In this document: positions 48,866 through 58,549 of the stretch, one piece after another
Numbering within the stretch: the stretch's first letter is position 1
Layout: every line of letters begins with the position of its first letter
Assembly (NCBI GenBank): GCA_036505635.1
Contig: DASXTC010000038.1
Location: 5,109 to 69,108, forward strand
DNA: 64,000 bases
Reading direction: 5' to 3'
From: Candidatus Polarisedimenticolia bacterium
Lineage (GTDB): Bacteria; Acidobacteriota; Polarisedimenticolia; JACPZX01; DASXTC01
Notes under the pieces: model-generated
The model's database searches: none
Told to the model about the DNA's origin: nothing
The model's input: the letters and a program-made list of their open reading frames with translations, nothing else
Translations under genes and position numbers: made by a program

Positions 48866-49294
48866 TCAGGATTCAATCCGGAACTTGAAGATGTACCGGG
48901 AGAACGACGTCCCCGCGATGATGACGTCGTGGTCCTTGAGAAGGACCTCGTCGGGCCGGGCGCCGCCGCCGAGAACCTCCCCCTCCACGATGGTCCCGCA
49001 GGTGGAGCCGCGGTCGAGCAGGAAGAAGCCGCCGGCTCTCCGGTCGATGAGGAAATGCTCGCGCGACACGTTCATCGGTTCGCTCTCCTCCACGAGGTAG
49101 AGGTCGTTGTTGGGTGGGGCCTCCGTGCGCCGCTCGCCCACCAGGCCCAGCTCGGTCCACTTGAACCGGCGCGACTCCCGGCCGACCCGGAAGGGCAGGT
49201 GCGGGATGTTGATCTCGTGGGCCTGGAACGCGGCGGCGCTCTCGGGAGTGAGAGCCACGAGGTAGGCGCCCGTGGGGCCGGGTGCGTCAGGCAT
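48866..49294 (-). CDS. FHA (forkhead-associated) domain protein
   Basis: 142 aa. FRVGRES...YLVE..SREHFLIDRRAGGFFLLDRGSTCGTIVEG matches the FHA fold core (GR, SxxH, N/D-G). First gene of the minus-strand ABC cluster. Confidence 0.8.
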   Translation of the reverse strand: MPDAPGPTGAYLVALTPESAAAFQAHEINIPHLPFRVGRESRRFKWTELGLVGERRTEAPPNNDLYLVEESEPMNVSREHFLIDRRAGGFFLLDRGSTCGTIVEGEVLGGGARPDEVLLKDHDVIIAGTSFSRYIFKFRIES

Positions 49295-49536
49295 CCTTCA
49301 TCTCCCGATGGTTTCGTGAGCGGTCCCAGGCGCGATGTTAACCCATCGGAGGCGGCGGTGTCATGGCCGGCGGGCGGCGGAGCGGACCCACCGGCTCGGA
49401 GCGGAACGCTCACCGGTTCGGGCGGCACGGGGAGGCCCGCGAGCGGGCTTTTTTACGTTCCGGGGTCTCCTCTGTCTGTCGGTTGTAGGGAACCATCCGA
49501 AACGGCAGCAACTCTTCCCGTGAGGAGGAATCGAAG

Positions 49537-49974
49537 ATGAAGAAGATGCTCGGCACCGGAATCCTGATGTCGGCCCTGGCTCTGGTGGCGCTGAAGCCCG
49601 CCCTCGCGCAGAGCACGCCGCCCGCGCCGCAGCCCGTCGTGGTCGTGAACCAGACCCGCTTCCAGAGCGTGGCCCAGGACGTCGTCCTCGCCGCCGGGGC
49701 GTCGCAGAGGTTCGAGGTGAGATCCGACGGGTTCTCGCGCGTCAGCCTGCTTCTCGGAGGAACGACCACCCCCGGCACGGGCGGGCTGCGGATCGGCACG
49801 CTCTACGGGCCCCCGCTGGTGCCGGCCGGCACCGTCCGCGCACTGACCGATCGCGCCGGCGCCATCCGCGGCAAGCTCGTGGAACCCGTGCTCGGACCGG
49901 CGATGGTGGTCGTTCTCAGCAACGAAGGCACAGCCGACGCGACCATTACGATGAGCGCCTACTTCGCGAACTGA
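49537..49974 (+). CDS. small secreted hypothetical protein
   Basis: 145 aa. Perfect RBS GAGGAGG 8 nt upstream. Signal peptide MKKMLGTGILMSALALVALKPALAQ. Confidence 0.6.
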   Translation: MKKMLGTGILMSALALVALKPALAQSTPPAPQPVVVVNQTRFQSVAQDVVLAAGASQRFEVRSDGFSRVSLLLGGTTTPGTGGLRIGTLYGPPLVPAGTVRALTDRAGAIRGKLVEPVLGPAMVVVLSNEGTADATITMSAYFAN

Positions 49975-49977
49975 AGC

Positions 49978-50763
49978 TCAGGGGCGCCGCGCCGTCGCGA
50001 AGATGATTTGTCCATCGTCGGTGAAGTCCGCCGGGGGCATCGTCGCGAGCCTGCGGCGGGCGCCGGCCATGAAGGAAGCCTTGGCGGCGGGCGTCAGGGA
50101 CTCCACACGCCGCCTGCTCCCGCCGAGCTCCGTCCCTTTGGCGATGAACCCCTCCAGCGTGAACCGATGCTCGAACGGAGAGGACCACGCGCTGACGGAG
50201 GCGAATCCGGCGCGACGCAGGAGCGAGCCCACCTTGGCCGGCGTGCTCACCGGCTCGTGGTCCGCGATCGCCGGTTCGGCGGGCGCCGCGCCGTGCGCGT
50301 CCAGCTCCTCGTTCCAGGCCTGGAGCGCGGGGAAGCTCGGCTCGCCATCCCAGGTCGTGGCGCCGATCGCGCCGCCGGGGCGCAGGACTCGGGCGGCCTC
50401 TACGAGGGCGTCGAGCGGCGAGGGCACGTGGAACAGCATGAAGGCCATCACCGCCGCGTCGAAGACGCCCGTGCCCAGGGCCAGATGCCGCGCGTCGCAG
50501 ACGGCGAGCCCGTGTCCGGCCGGCGCGAGGCGCAGCATCCCGTGAGAGCCATCCACCGCCACGACGAAGGCGCGAGGGGCCGCGCCGGAGATGTCGGCCA
50601 GGAGCGCGCCCACTCCCGAGCCGATGTCGATCACGCGCGAGGCCTCGGAAAGCGGGAGAGCCGCAAGCAGCCGCCGCGCGTGGGGATTCAGGACCGGCGC
50701 CCAGAGCTTGAGATAGGCGAGGGCGTCCGACGAGTAACGGGACGCGACCTCGGCGCTCTTCAA
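49978..50763 (-). CDS. class I SAM-dependent methyltransferase
   Basis: 261 aa (first codon TTG, overlapping the stop of the upstream giant gene). VIDIGSGVGAL motif I, VLRPGG post-motif II. Confidence 0.8.
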   Translation of the reverse strand: MKSAEVASRYSSDALAYLKLWAPVLNPHARRLLAALPLSEASRVIDIGSGVGALLADISGAAPRAFVVAVDGSHGMLRLAPAGHGLAVCDARHLALGTGVFDAAVMAFMLFHVPSPLDALVEAARVLRPGGAIGATTWDGEPSFPALQAWNEELDAHGAAPAEPAIADHEPVSTPAKVGSLLRRAGFASVSAWSSPFEHRFTLEGFIAKGTELGGSRRRVESLTPAAKASFMAGARRRLATMPPADFTDDGQIIFATARRP

Positions 50764-53700
50764 AACGCCTGCCCGATCGAGAAGAAGAACTCGCCACGGC
50801 TCTCGGGCCGGCGTCCCACGGCGCGGCCGAGCTCATCGTAGACGAGATCGTGGTCGAGCTTGCGCCCGTACTCGACCCTGAACGGGCCCAGCGGCGTGTC
50901 GAACCTCAGCCCGGTGCCCAGCACGTGCCGCAGGTCGGTCACGTCGAAATCCCTCAGGCGGGCGTAGACATTGCCCGCGTCGTAGAAGACGACCCCCTTG
51001 AGCGCTTTGAAGATGGGGAAGCGCAGCTCCTGGTTGATCAAGAACAGCGCATTGCCGCCGACCGGCTTCAGGTTGTCGATCGCGAAGCCGACAATAGGGT
51101 TGGCGGGGAGGTTCGGGTCGCACGGGTTGCGTGGGCAGACATTGTAAGGGGAGTTCGGGTCCTCCAGAATCCGCTTGGCTGGCTCCAGAGGGCCGACCGT
51201 GTTGAACCGGAATCCGCGCAGCGTTGTGTCTCCGCCGGCGAAGAACCGCTCGCTGATCGGGATGTTGTGCGAAGTCACCAGGCCGATCCTCGCCGAGGAG
51301 GCCCAGACGACGCCGCGGCCGATCTCCTTGAAGGCGTTGGCCGAGGCGAACGTCCTCACGAACGCCTCTTCGGAGCCAAGCGCCCGGTGATAGAGCCTCA
51401 CGTCGAACGTCGAGAAGCCTCCCCGCGACGGGTTTATGATGTCGTCGCGCGTGTCGTGGGCCATGGAAGTGGCCACGCTGGCGAGCCTCACCGTCTGCTG
51501 TCCGGTCTCCTCAACGGGAACCCGGAGGTCGAACAGGTTGATGTCCTCGAGGCGATACCGCCCGAACAGCGTCGTGTTCTCGCCCAGCTTGCGCGACAGC
51601 TGCACGGAGCTGCCGACGCGCCGCAGGTCGAACGACTCCAGCTCCTGGCGCTCCACGAACCCGGTCATCAGGGTCTCGATCTTCTCGCCGAAGAGGTTTG
51701 GATCACGCAGCGTGACCTGCACGCGCCGGTCCACCGCGGAGCCGCGCACGAAGAGGGCCGCCGAGCGCCGTGTCCCGAACAGGTTGTTGTTGGCGATCTC
51801 GAACGAAGCCCGGGCGCGGTCCTTCGAGTCGTATCCGACTCCCCAGGCCGTCAGCAGGGGAGATCCCTCCTGGACCCTGACCCTGACATCCACGAATCCG
51901 GGCTTGCCTTCCACCGGCAGGGTGTCTATCTCGACTGAACGGAAGACGCCGAGCCGGTACAGGTTGCGCTGCGTGGTGAGGACCGCTGACCGGGTGAGGT
52001 AATCGCCCCGGTTCAGCGGGATCTCGCGGTCCACGATCCGGTCCAAGGTTCGCGTGTTGCCCTCCACCAGCACCTCGTGGACTCGGACCCGGCCGAGGGG
52101 GATGATCGAGAAGACCACGCGGGTGCGCTGCGGCTCACCTTCGAGCCGCGTGCTCACGCGCGCGCGCGAGTATCCCTCATGGTCGAGCGCTTCGCGCACT
52201 CTGTCCGCAGCCAGGCTCACGATCTCGGCGTTGACGACCTGGGTCTGCGAGAGACCAGCCGCGCGCAGGAGATCCTCTCCCGGCACTCCCTCGGCCTCAC
52301 CCTCGATAACGACGGCGCCGATCCGAGCCTGCGGCCCCTCGTCCTCGATCGCGATCGCGACGTCGGCCTCCTTGCCGTCGGCCGACAACGTGACGACGGG
52401 CGTGGCGATCCTGACGGCCAGGTATCCGTTGGCCAGGTAGAGCCCGCGGATCGCCGCCACGTCGTCCTTGAGGACCGGCTCCTTGAGCAGGCCGCGTCCG
52501 AACAACCGCGTGAATCCTCCCACGCGCGTCAGCATCTGCCTGCGGATCCTCTCCTCAGGTATTCCCCGGTTGCCGGTGACGCTCACCGAATGGACGTGCA
52601 CCTTCGGGCCGGGCTCCACGCTCAGACTCACGGTCCGAACCGGCTCACCCCGTGGTGCGACCTCGGCCGGCGCTTCCATCCTGGCCTCCACTCGCGCAGA
52701 ATAGTACCCGTCCCTCCTGAGCAGGCCCAGCGCCGCCTTACGCGCCTCCTCCACAAGGTCATCCAGCAGGATCGGCTCCCTCCAGGCTCGCAGGACGGCC
52801 TTCCGGATCGGCCGCTCGCCCACGTCACCCTGGATCGCCAGCTCGTGCCGCGGACCGGACCGGATCGCGTACTGAACGTCGACGGTCGTTCGCCCCACCA
52901 GGGACGCGGCGTCGCCCTCGATGAGGTCCACCTCGGCGGCCGGAAATCCACGCCTGACGTATTGCTCCCTCAGGATCTCCCGGCCTTCCAGCAGGTCCCC
53001 GCGGCGAAACAGGTCCCCCTCGTCGAACGGGAGCCTGCGGACCAGGGCGCTCTGGCTGTCTATGAGATGGTCCGCCGCGAGCGAGACGGAGCCGATGCGC
53101 AGGAGCCGCGGCCCCACCGTGCTCTGCCCATCTCCTTGAGGGAGCGCAACGGGGTCGGGTCCGGGCGGCGTCCAGCCCCATCCCCGCCACCGTCTGCGAA
53201 TCCTCACGTCGGCCCCCACCGAGCCGTCCAGGTCGCGGGTCGCCAGGAGGTCCCAGAGCCGGCCCGGGTTGTACTCGATCTGGTAGATCTCCTGGCCGTT
53301 CTGGCCGAGGCTCGCCGAGTATGTGAAAAGGAGGTTCGAGGCCATCCGCTTCGTCACGGTGAGCCGCGCGGACGGATCGGCGGTGCCGTTGAGGAAGAAC
53401 GGATCGAGCTGAACGCTCGAGACACCGAGGATCTTCTCCAGCGGCGCGGAGACGGCGCCGGTGACCGGGGTCGCCAGGTATGCGGCGACCTGCCCCTCGG
53501 CCATCGTGCGGGCCCCTTCGCTCTCGGAACCCGACAGGGTGTTGCCGGTCATCAGCAGCCACACCACGTCGCGCTGGGGGAGGGCGGGATCGGAGGCCAG
53601 GTCGTAGATCGGTCTGGAGAAACGCCCCGAGATCCTCAGCGTGATCTCGTACTGCTGCACGCGCGTGACCGCCTCGATGTCGATGAGCGGATCGATGCGC

Positions 53701-56700
53701 GCCACGTCGGCGAAGTCGAGCGCGCCGCCCACGATGCGGTAGGTGACGTCACGGAACCGGTAGGTGCCCCCTTCCAACGCGGAGATCCTCCCGGAAAGCT
53801 CCGGCTCGTCGAGGGTCCCTTGGAGCGAGAGGTGCGCGGAAGCCTCGATCAGCGCCTCCTCGTTGCGGATCCAGACATCACGGTCGGCCGCGATGGCGAT
53901 GTCGAGGAAGACCACCGGGGCGCCGGCGCCGCGCTCCCTGGCCGGCGCGAACTCCCGGCCGCGCAGAAGCAGCTCGGTGGGCTCCACCCCGAAGGCGCGC
54001 GTGTAGACGGCGCGCTGGATCGACACGCGTCCACCGAACCGGTAGGCGCCCGAGTCCTTGTCGAGCGCCATCTCGGCGTCGAAGAAGGCATGCAGGTCGG
54101 GAAGGATCTCGGCGCGGATCCCCTGGCCGGTCAGCGCCAGGTGGAGCTGCGGCACGCCGGCCCCCTCGAAGCGCACCCACCCCGCCCCCGTGGCGTGGCC
54201 GCCGCCGGTGTCGAACCGGAGCTCCTCGATGTTGAGGAGACCCTGCTCGGTGAAGGACCCGCGCCCGCGAAGGTTCTCCAGAGGCAGGGGCAGCGCGGGA
54301 TGCCGCACCGTGCCCCCCTGAAGCGTCAGGCCGCCCGCGTAGGTCAGCACGTCGCCGCGCTCGATGACGTGCAGGTCGGCCGTGCCGAGTCCGGTGGCCC
54401 GCATCTCGGGTGCGATCAGCTCCGCCAGCGACAGGTCGAAGGTGCCTGCGACGCGGGCGGTGACGTCGTAGTGGCCCGACAGGGCCATCGAGCCGCCCAG
54501 CGTCAGGTCGGTCCTCTCCCCGATGAGCCTCATCGGGGCCACCGTGAGGAACCCGTCCTGTACCGTGACGCGCACCGGCTCGTCGTTGCGAAGCGGGTCG
54601 TCGCCCGCGGTGAGGGCCAGGCGATCGAGGGTCGCGCGCACCAGAAGGGCCGAGGGTTCCCGCAAGGGGCCCGTGACGGTGACGGTGCCATCGGCCTCTC
54701 CTTTCAACCCCGCCAGCGCGCCGCGGGGAAGAAGCGGCCTGACCTCCTCGAGGCTGAAGCCGCGCACGGCGACGGTTCCCTCCACCGAGCCGCCGGCCCC
54801 GAAGTCCGCCGCCACCTTCAGGCTGCCGAGCTCGTCCTTCAGCTCGAGGCGCAGCCTCGCGTCGGGGCCCGTGACCGGCCCGGCGAGCGTGCCCTCGAGG
54901 CCGCCGAGATCGATCCCGGCGATGTGGACGTCACGCCCCGCCAGGGTCGCGTTCACCGCGACGTCGCCGTCGATCGTGAGACGACCGCCGGCGTCCAGGG
55001 AGCCGGACATCGAGGGGCCCGCGTAGGCGGCATCCACAGCGCCCAGATCGATCCCCGAAACGGAGACCTCCAATGAGCCGGCCGCGCGCGGCGGCGCCAG
55101 GTCCACCGCGCCATGGCCCCGCGCCAGCCCGCCGCACCAGATGAGCGAGATCTCGTCGAAGTGTACCTTCTTTTCCTCGATCCGCGCGAGAGCCTTCAGG
55201 TTCGTGAAGGCGAGCGGGCCGAGGGAGATCGCCTCGCTCTCGAGCCGGAGGGTCCCGTCTGGGCCGGCGAGGTGAACCCCGCCGCGCAGTATCCCGCCGG
55301 CGGCCATCCTGTCCTGATCGATCCCGGCGAGCCGCGCGGCCAATGCGGCCGGCAACGCCGTGGCGTCCAGGTCGAGGTCGAGGACTTCCCAGCGCCCGGG
55401 CCGGATGCGCAGCGCCCCCTGCGCGCTGAGGTCGGCCCCCTCGGCGCGGCGCAGGTCGAGCCTCATCAGATCCGTGCGGTAGACCACGTCGCCGGCGGCC
55501 GCCGTCAGCGGGATCGGGACGCGGGCCGCGGCTGCCCCCCCACCGCCGGACAGCGCGGGGACCTGGACGGTCAGCCCGTCCGACTCGAACGAGGCGCGCA
55601 CCTCGGGGCGCGCCGAGGTCCCCTCCACCTCGATGTGGGCGGTTGCCCGGCCGATCAGATCGGTGGGGCGCGTCACGCCGCGTCCAAGGGCCGGAAAGCG
55701 TCGCTCCAGGAAGGAGGCGAGCGGTCGCGTGTCGCCGGCTGACAGCTCCGCCGTCACCTCCATGCCAAGGACCGCGGCCGTTGCGTCGAAAATGCCGGCG
55801 AGCTCGATGGCGGCGCCGGGCGCCTGGAGGAAGGACGACTCCACCGTCACGCGCGATCCCCTCCAGTCGACCATCGCCGTCCCCGAGAGGGGCAGCTCCC
55901 CGTCGAGCCGATCGAAGGCGAGGTCGGCGGTGCCGGCCATCCCATCGGTCCGGCTCCCGGTCCATCGGACGGTGGCGTCGCCTGACAGGAGCGCCGATGG
56001 CGTGACTCCGTCCTCGCCGGGCAGATCGAAATGCCCCAGCACCTCATCGAGGTGCAGCGCCTTCGCCGTGATCGACGCCTCGTGCTCGCGCGGCGTCTCG
56101 TCCGCGGAGCCGTACTTCACTCCGACGTATCGCCCCTCGACGGTGCCCCCCGAGAACGACTCGAGCGTGCCGCCGATCTCGATCCGCCCCGGCTCGACCG
56201 AGAAAGTCCCCGCGCCGCGCGCCGCGGTCCAGGGCGCGGCCGGTCCGTCACTGAGGGAGCCGTCGTCGGCTTGCCTTCGGTCCGCGTCGATCACGGGGCC
56301 GGTGGCGACGAAGGTGCCGTTCACCTTGACGCCTTCGGCGGAGAGGGTGACGCGCAGGTCGCACGTCAGCTCCTTGGCGCCGAACTGCGGGAGGGGCCTT
56401 CTCAGCGAGGGCCCCGCGGGATCGAGGCGGGCCTCCCCCTCGAACCGGCCCCGCACCGGCGTCCCGGGCTGGACCTGGCCCGAGGCGCGGATGTCGACCC
56501 CCTCGGCCTTCAGGCGAAGGCGCTTCGTCCTGATCGATTCGCGGTCCGCCTCGAACGAGAGGGAGCCGTCCAGCCCGCTCAGCTGAAGGTCGCCGAGGGC
56601 GAACCTCCCCCGGTGAAAGAGGGCCGTGCCCTCGTAGGGGCCCCAGTAGCCGAACATCGTGTTGTCGGCATGGAGCTGGAGCCCCTCGATCTCGGCGCTC

Positions 56701-57203
56701 AGGGCACGGCGCTCGGAGCCGATGACGACCGTGCCGCCGTGGATTCTCAGACGCCTCAGGTCGAGCCGTGCGGCCAATGGCCCGGGCCCGGCCGCGGCGG
56801 GCTGGCCGGGGGCCCTCGCGGGCAGGAAGCGCTCGGTGTCGGTCCGCCACTCGAGCACCGGTTCCCAGACATCGACGTCCTTGAGTACGATCAGCCCGCG
56901 CAGGAGAGCGCGCAGCGACAGGGAGGCCTCCGCGCGGGGCGCCTCGATGCGGGGCCCCTCCGTTCTCAGACCGCGGAGCACGACGCCCGGCGGCAGGTAC
57001 TGGAGGCTCACGCTCTCGATGACGACGGGCCTGCCCAGAGCCCGTGAGAGCGCCTGCGTCAGCTTCTCCCTCGAGAGCGACTCGGGATGGCCGGTCCACA
57101 CATAGATGAACAGCGCGAGGGCCGCGGCGGCCGGCACCCCCAGCAGGGTGTACAGGACCCGGCGAGTCCAACGCTTCAACCGCGCGCGGTCAGCCATGTT
57201 CAC
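50760..57203 (-). CDS. giant fusion protein: TamB-like (AsmA/DUF490 translocation-and-assembly-module) N-terminal part fused to Omp85/TamA-BamA-like POTRA + 16-strand barrel C-terminal part
   Basis: Uninterrupted 2147-aa ORF. N-terminal signal-anchor (VLYTLLGVPAAAALALFIYVW). Long beta-rich repeat region. DUF490-like signature (DVVWLLMTGNTL...RLTVTKRMASNLLFTYSASL...YQIEYNPGRLWDLL) at about residue 1200-1300. Short W/G/P linker. POTRA repeats. Omp85 barrel ending ...FFFSIGQAF (terminal Phe). Confidence 0.8.
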   Translation of the reverse strand: MNMADRARLKRWTRRVLYTLLGVPAAAALALFIYVWTGHPESLSREKLTQALSRALGRPVVIESVSLQYLPPGVVLRGLRTEGPRIEAPRAEASLSLRALLRGLIVLKDVDVWEPVLEWRTDTERFLPARAPGQPAAAGPGPLAARLDLRRLRIHGGTVVIGSERRALSAEIEGLQLHADNTMFGYWGPYEGTALFHRGRFALGDLQLSGLDGSLSFEADRESIRTKRLRLKAEGVDIRASGQVQPGTPVRGRFEGEARLDPAGPSLRRPLPQFGAKELTCDLRVTLSAEGVKVNGTFVATGPVIDADRRQADDGSLSDGPAAPWTAARGAGTFSVEPGRIEIGGTLESFSGGTVEGRYVGVKYGSADETPREHEASITAKALHLDEVLGHFDLPGEDGVTPSALLSGDATVRWTGSRTDGMAGTADLAFDRLDGELPLSGTAMVDWRGSRVTVESSFLQAPGAAIELAGIFDATAAVLGMEVTAELSAGDTRPLASFLERRFPALGRGVTRPTDLIGRATAHIEVEGTSARPEVRASFESDGLTVQVPALSGGGGAAAARVPIPLTAAAGDVVYRTDLMRLDLRRAEGADLSAQGALRIRPGRWEVLDLDLDATALPAALAARLAGIDQDRMAAGGILRGGVHLAGPDGTLRLESEAISLGPLAFTNLKALARIEEKKVHFDEISLIWCGGLARGHGAVDLAPPRAAGSLEVSVSGIDLGAVDAAYAGPSMSGSLDAGGRLTIDGDVAVNATLAGRDVHIAGIDLGGLEGTLAGPVTGPDARLRLELKDELGSLKVAADFGAGGSVEGTVAVRGFSLEEVRPLLPRGALAGLKGEADGTVTVTGPLREPSALLVRATLDRLALTAGDDPLRNDEPVRVTVQDGFLTVAPMRLIGERTDLTLGGSMALSGHYDVTARVAGTFDLSLAELIAPEMRATGLGTADLHVIERGDVLTYAGGLTLQGGTVRHPALPLPLENLRGRGSFTEQGLLNIEELRFDTGGGHATGAGWVRFEGAGVPQLHLALTGQGIRAEILPDLHAFFDAEMALDKDSGAYRFGGRVSIQRAVYTRAFGVEPTELLLRGREFAPARERGAGAPVVFLDIAIAADRDVWIRNEEALIEASAHLSLQGTLDEPELSGRISALEGGTYRFRDVTYRIVGGALDFADVARIDPLIDIEAVTRVQQYEITLRISGRFSRPIYDLASDPALPQRDVVWLLMTGNTLSGSESEGARTMAEGQVAAYLATPVTGAVSAPLEKILGVSSVQLDPFFLNGTADPSARLTVTKRMASNLLFTYSASLGQNGQEIYQIEYNPGRLWDLLATRDLDGSVGADVRIRRRWRGWGWTPPGPDPVALPQGDGQSTVGPRLLRIGSVSLAADHLIDSQSALVRRLPFDEGDLFRRGDLLEGREILREQYVRRGFPAAEVDLIEGDAASLVGRTTVDVQYAIRSGPRHELAIQGDVGERPIRKAVLRAWREPILLDDLVEEARKAALGLLRRDGYYSARVEARMEAPAEVAPRGEPVRTVSLSVEPGPKVHVHSVSVTGNRGIPEERIRRQMLTRVGGFTRLFGRGLLKEPVLKDDVAAIRGLYLANGYLAVRIATPVVTLSADGKEADVAIAIEDEGPQARIGAVVIEGEAEGVPGEDLLRAAGLSQTQVVNAEIVSLAADRVREALDHEGYSRARVSTRLEGEPQRTRVVFSIIPLGRVRVHEVLVEGNTRTLDRIVDREIPLNRGDYLTRSAVLTTQRNLYRLGVFRSVEIDTLPVEGKPGFVDVRVRVQEGSPLLTAWGVGYDSKDRARASFEIANNNLFGTRRSAALFVRGSAVDRRVQVTLRDPNLFGEKIETLMTGFVERQELESFDLRRVGSSVQLSRKLGENTTLFGRYRLEDINLFDLRVPVEETGQQTVRLASVATSMAHDTRDDIINPSRGGFSTFDVRLYHRALGSEEAFVRTFASANAFKEIGRGVVWASSARIGLVTSHNIPISERFFAGGDTTLRGFRFNTVGPLEPAKRILEDPNSPYNVCPRNPCDPNLPANPIVGFAIDNLKPVGGNALFLINQELRFPIFKALKGVVFYDAGNVYARLRDFDVTDLRHVLGTGLRFDTPLGPFRVEYGRKLDHDLVYDELGRAVGRRPESRGEFFFSIGQAF

Positions 57204-57274
57204 AGTCTAATCGCTCCAAACGAGGCGTGGTATCATCCCCACCCTTTGAAACACGAACGCAGGGAGAGTCCTCC

Positions 57275-58549
57275 ATGCCGTCCGCCGCCGCCGGTCTGAG
57301 CCTCGATGTCGAACGTCGCGTCCTGGCAAATGGATTGACGGTCCTCGTCATGGAGAACCACGCCGCGCCGACCTTCTGCTACATGACCTGCTTCAGGGTC
57401 GGCTCGCGCAACGAGAGACCCGGGATCACGGGGATCTCACATCTCTTCGAGCACATGATGTTCAACGGGTCGAGCCGGTACGCTCCGAAGGTCTTCGACC
57501 GCCTGATCGAGTCGAGCGGCGGCTACAGCAACGGCAGCACCTGGTACGACACCACCAATTACTACGAGGAGGTCTCCAGCGACAGCCTCGAGAAGATCCT
57601 CGACCTGGAGTCGGACCGCATGCGGTCGCTCCTGCTCACCCCGGAGAACCTGGAGCAGGAGCGCAGCATCGTCAAGGAGGAGCGGCGACTGAGGACCGAC
57701 AACTCAACCGAAGGGACGATGTTCGAGCTGCTGATGGCCAACGCTTTCATCGCCTCGCCCTACCGGTGGCCGGTGGTTGGATGGGAGCCCGACCTCAACA
57801 ACATCTCGCTGGAGGATTGCCGCGACTACTTCCGTACTTACTACGCGCCCAACAACGCCATCGTCGCCATCGTCGGCGACGTCGAAACCGACGCGACCTT
57901 CGCGCTCATGGAGAAGCACTTCGGCGACATTCCGGCCCAGCCGCCGCCGCGCGCCGTCATCGACGCGGAGCCGCCCCAGAGAGGGGAGAAGCGGGTGGTT
58001 CACCGCATGGCGGCGGAGCTGCCGGCCGTCATGTTCGGGTTCAAGGCGGCCTCCTTCAGCCACGAGGACTTCCCCGCGCTCGACGTCGTGCGGTGCATCC
58101 TGACCGAGGGGGACTCCTCGCGCCTGTATCGCACCCTCATCTACGGCAGCCGGATCGCCGCGGAGGCGAACGCCTTCTTCCGGCCGGCCCTCGATCCGAC
58201 GCTCTTCATCGTCTACGCGCAGGCGAAGGAAGGGGTGGAGGTGGGAGCCGTGGAACGGTCCGCCCACGAGGTGCTCGAGAGGATGGCCGCAGGTCAGCTG
58301 ACCGACATCGACGTGGCGAAGGCCAGGAACCAGATCCGGGCCGAGACGATCCGGGACCTGAAGGACAACTCGGGCCGGGCCGAGCTGATCGCCTCCTACG
58401 AGCGGATGACCGGAGACTGGCGGTCCTTTTTCTCGATGATGGAGAAGATCGACGCCGTCACTCCCCCCGACGCCGTGCGCGCCTGCGCCCGCTGCTTCGA
58501 ACCCGACCGGCGCACGGTAGTGACGTTGATCCCGGAGCCGACCCCGTGA
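57275..58549 (+). CDS. M16 family zinc peptidase (pitrilysin/insulinase-like, catalytic subunit)
   Basis: ORF 57227..58549, start at M17 (ATG 57275, GGAGAG upstream). Inverted zinc motif HxxEH in GISHLFEHMMFNGS plus downstream Glu. Confidence 0.85.
   Translation: MPSAAAGLSLDVERRVLANGLTVLVMENHAAPTFCYMTCFRVGSRNERPGITGISHLFEHMMFNGSSRYAPKVFDRLIESSGGYSNGSTWYDTTNYYEEVSSDSLEKILDLESDRMRSLLLTPENLEQERSIVKEERRLRTDNSTEGTMFELLMANAFIASPYRWPVVGWEPDLNNISLEDCRDYFRTYYAPNNAIVAIVGDVETDATFALMEKHFGDIPAQPPPRAVIDAEPPQRGEKRVVHRMAAELPAVMFGFKAASFSHEDFPALDVVRCILTEGDSSRLYRTLIYGSRIAAEANAFFRPALDPTLFIVYAQAKEGVEVGAVERSAHEVLERMAAGQLTDIDVAKARNQIRAETIRDLKDNSGRAELIASYERMTGDWRSFFSMMEKIDAVTPPDAVRACARCFEPDRRTVVTLIPEPTP

Noticed and set aside
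52077-55076. 999-aa plus-strand ORF (and others at 50850-51938, 55633-56586, 56031-57047) inside the TamB-TamA fusion gene
   Set aside because: Antisense to a 6.4-kb ORF with coherent TamB/Omp85 signatures; translations are Arg/Gly/Pro/Asp-rich.
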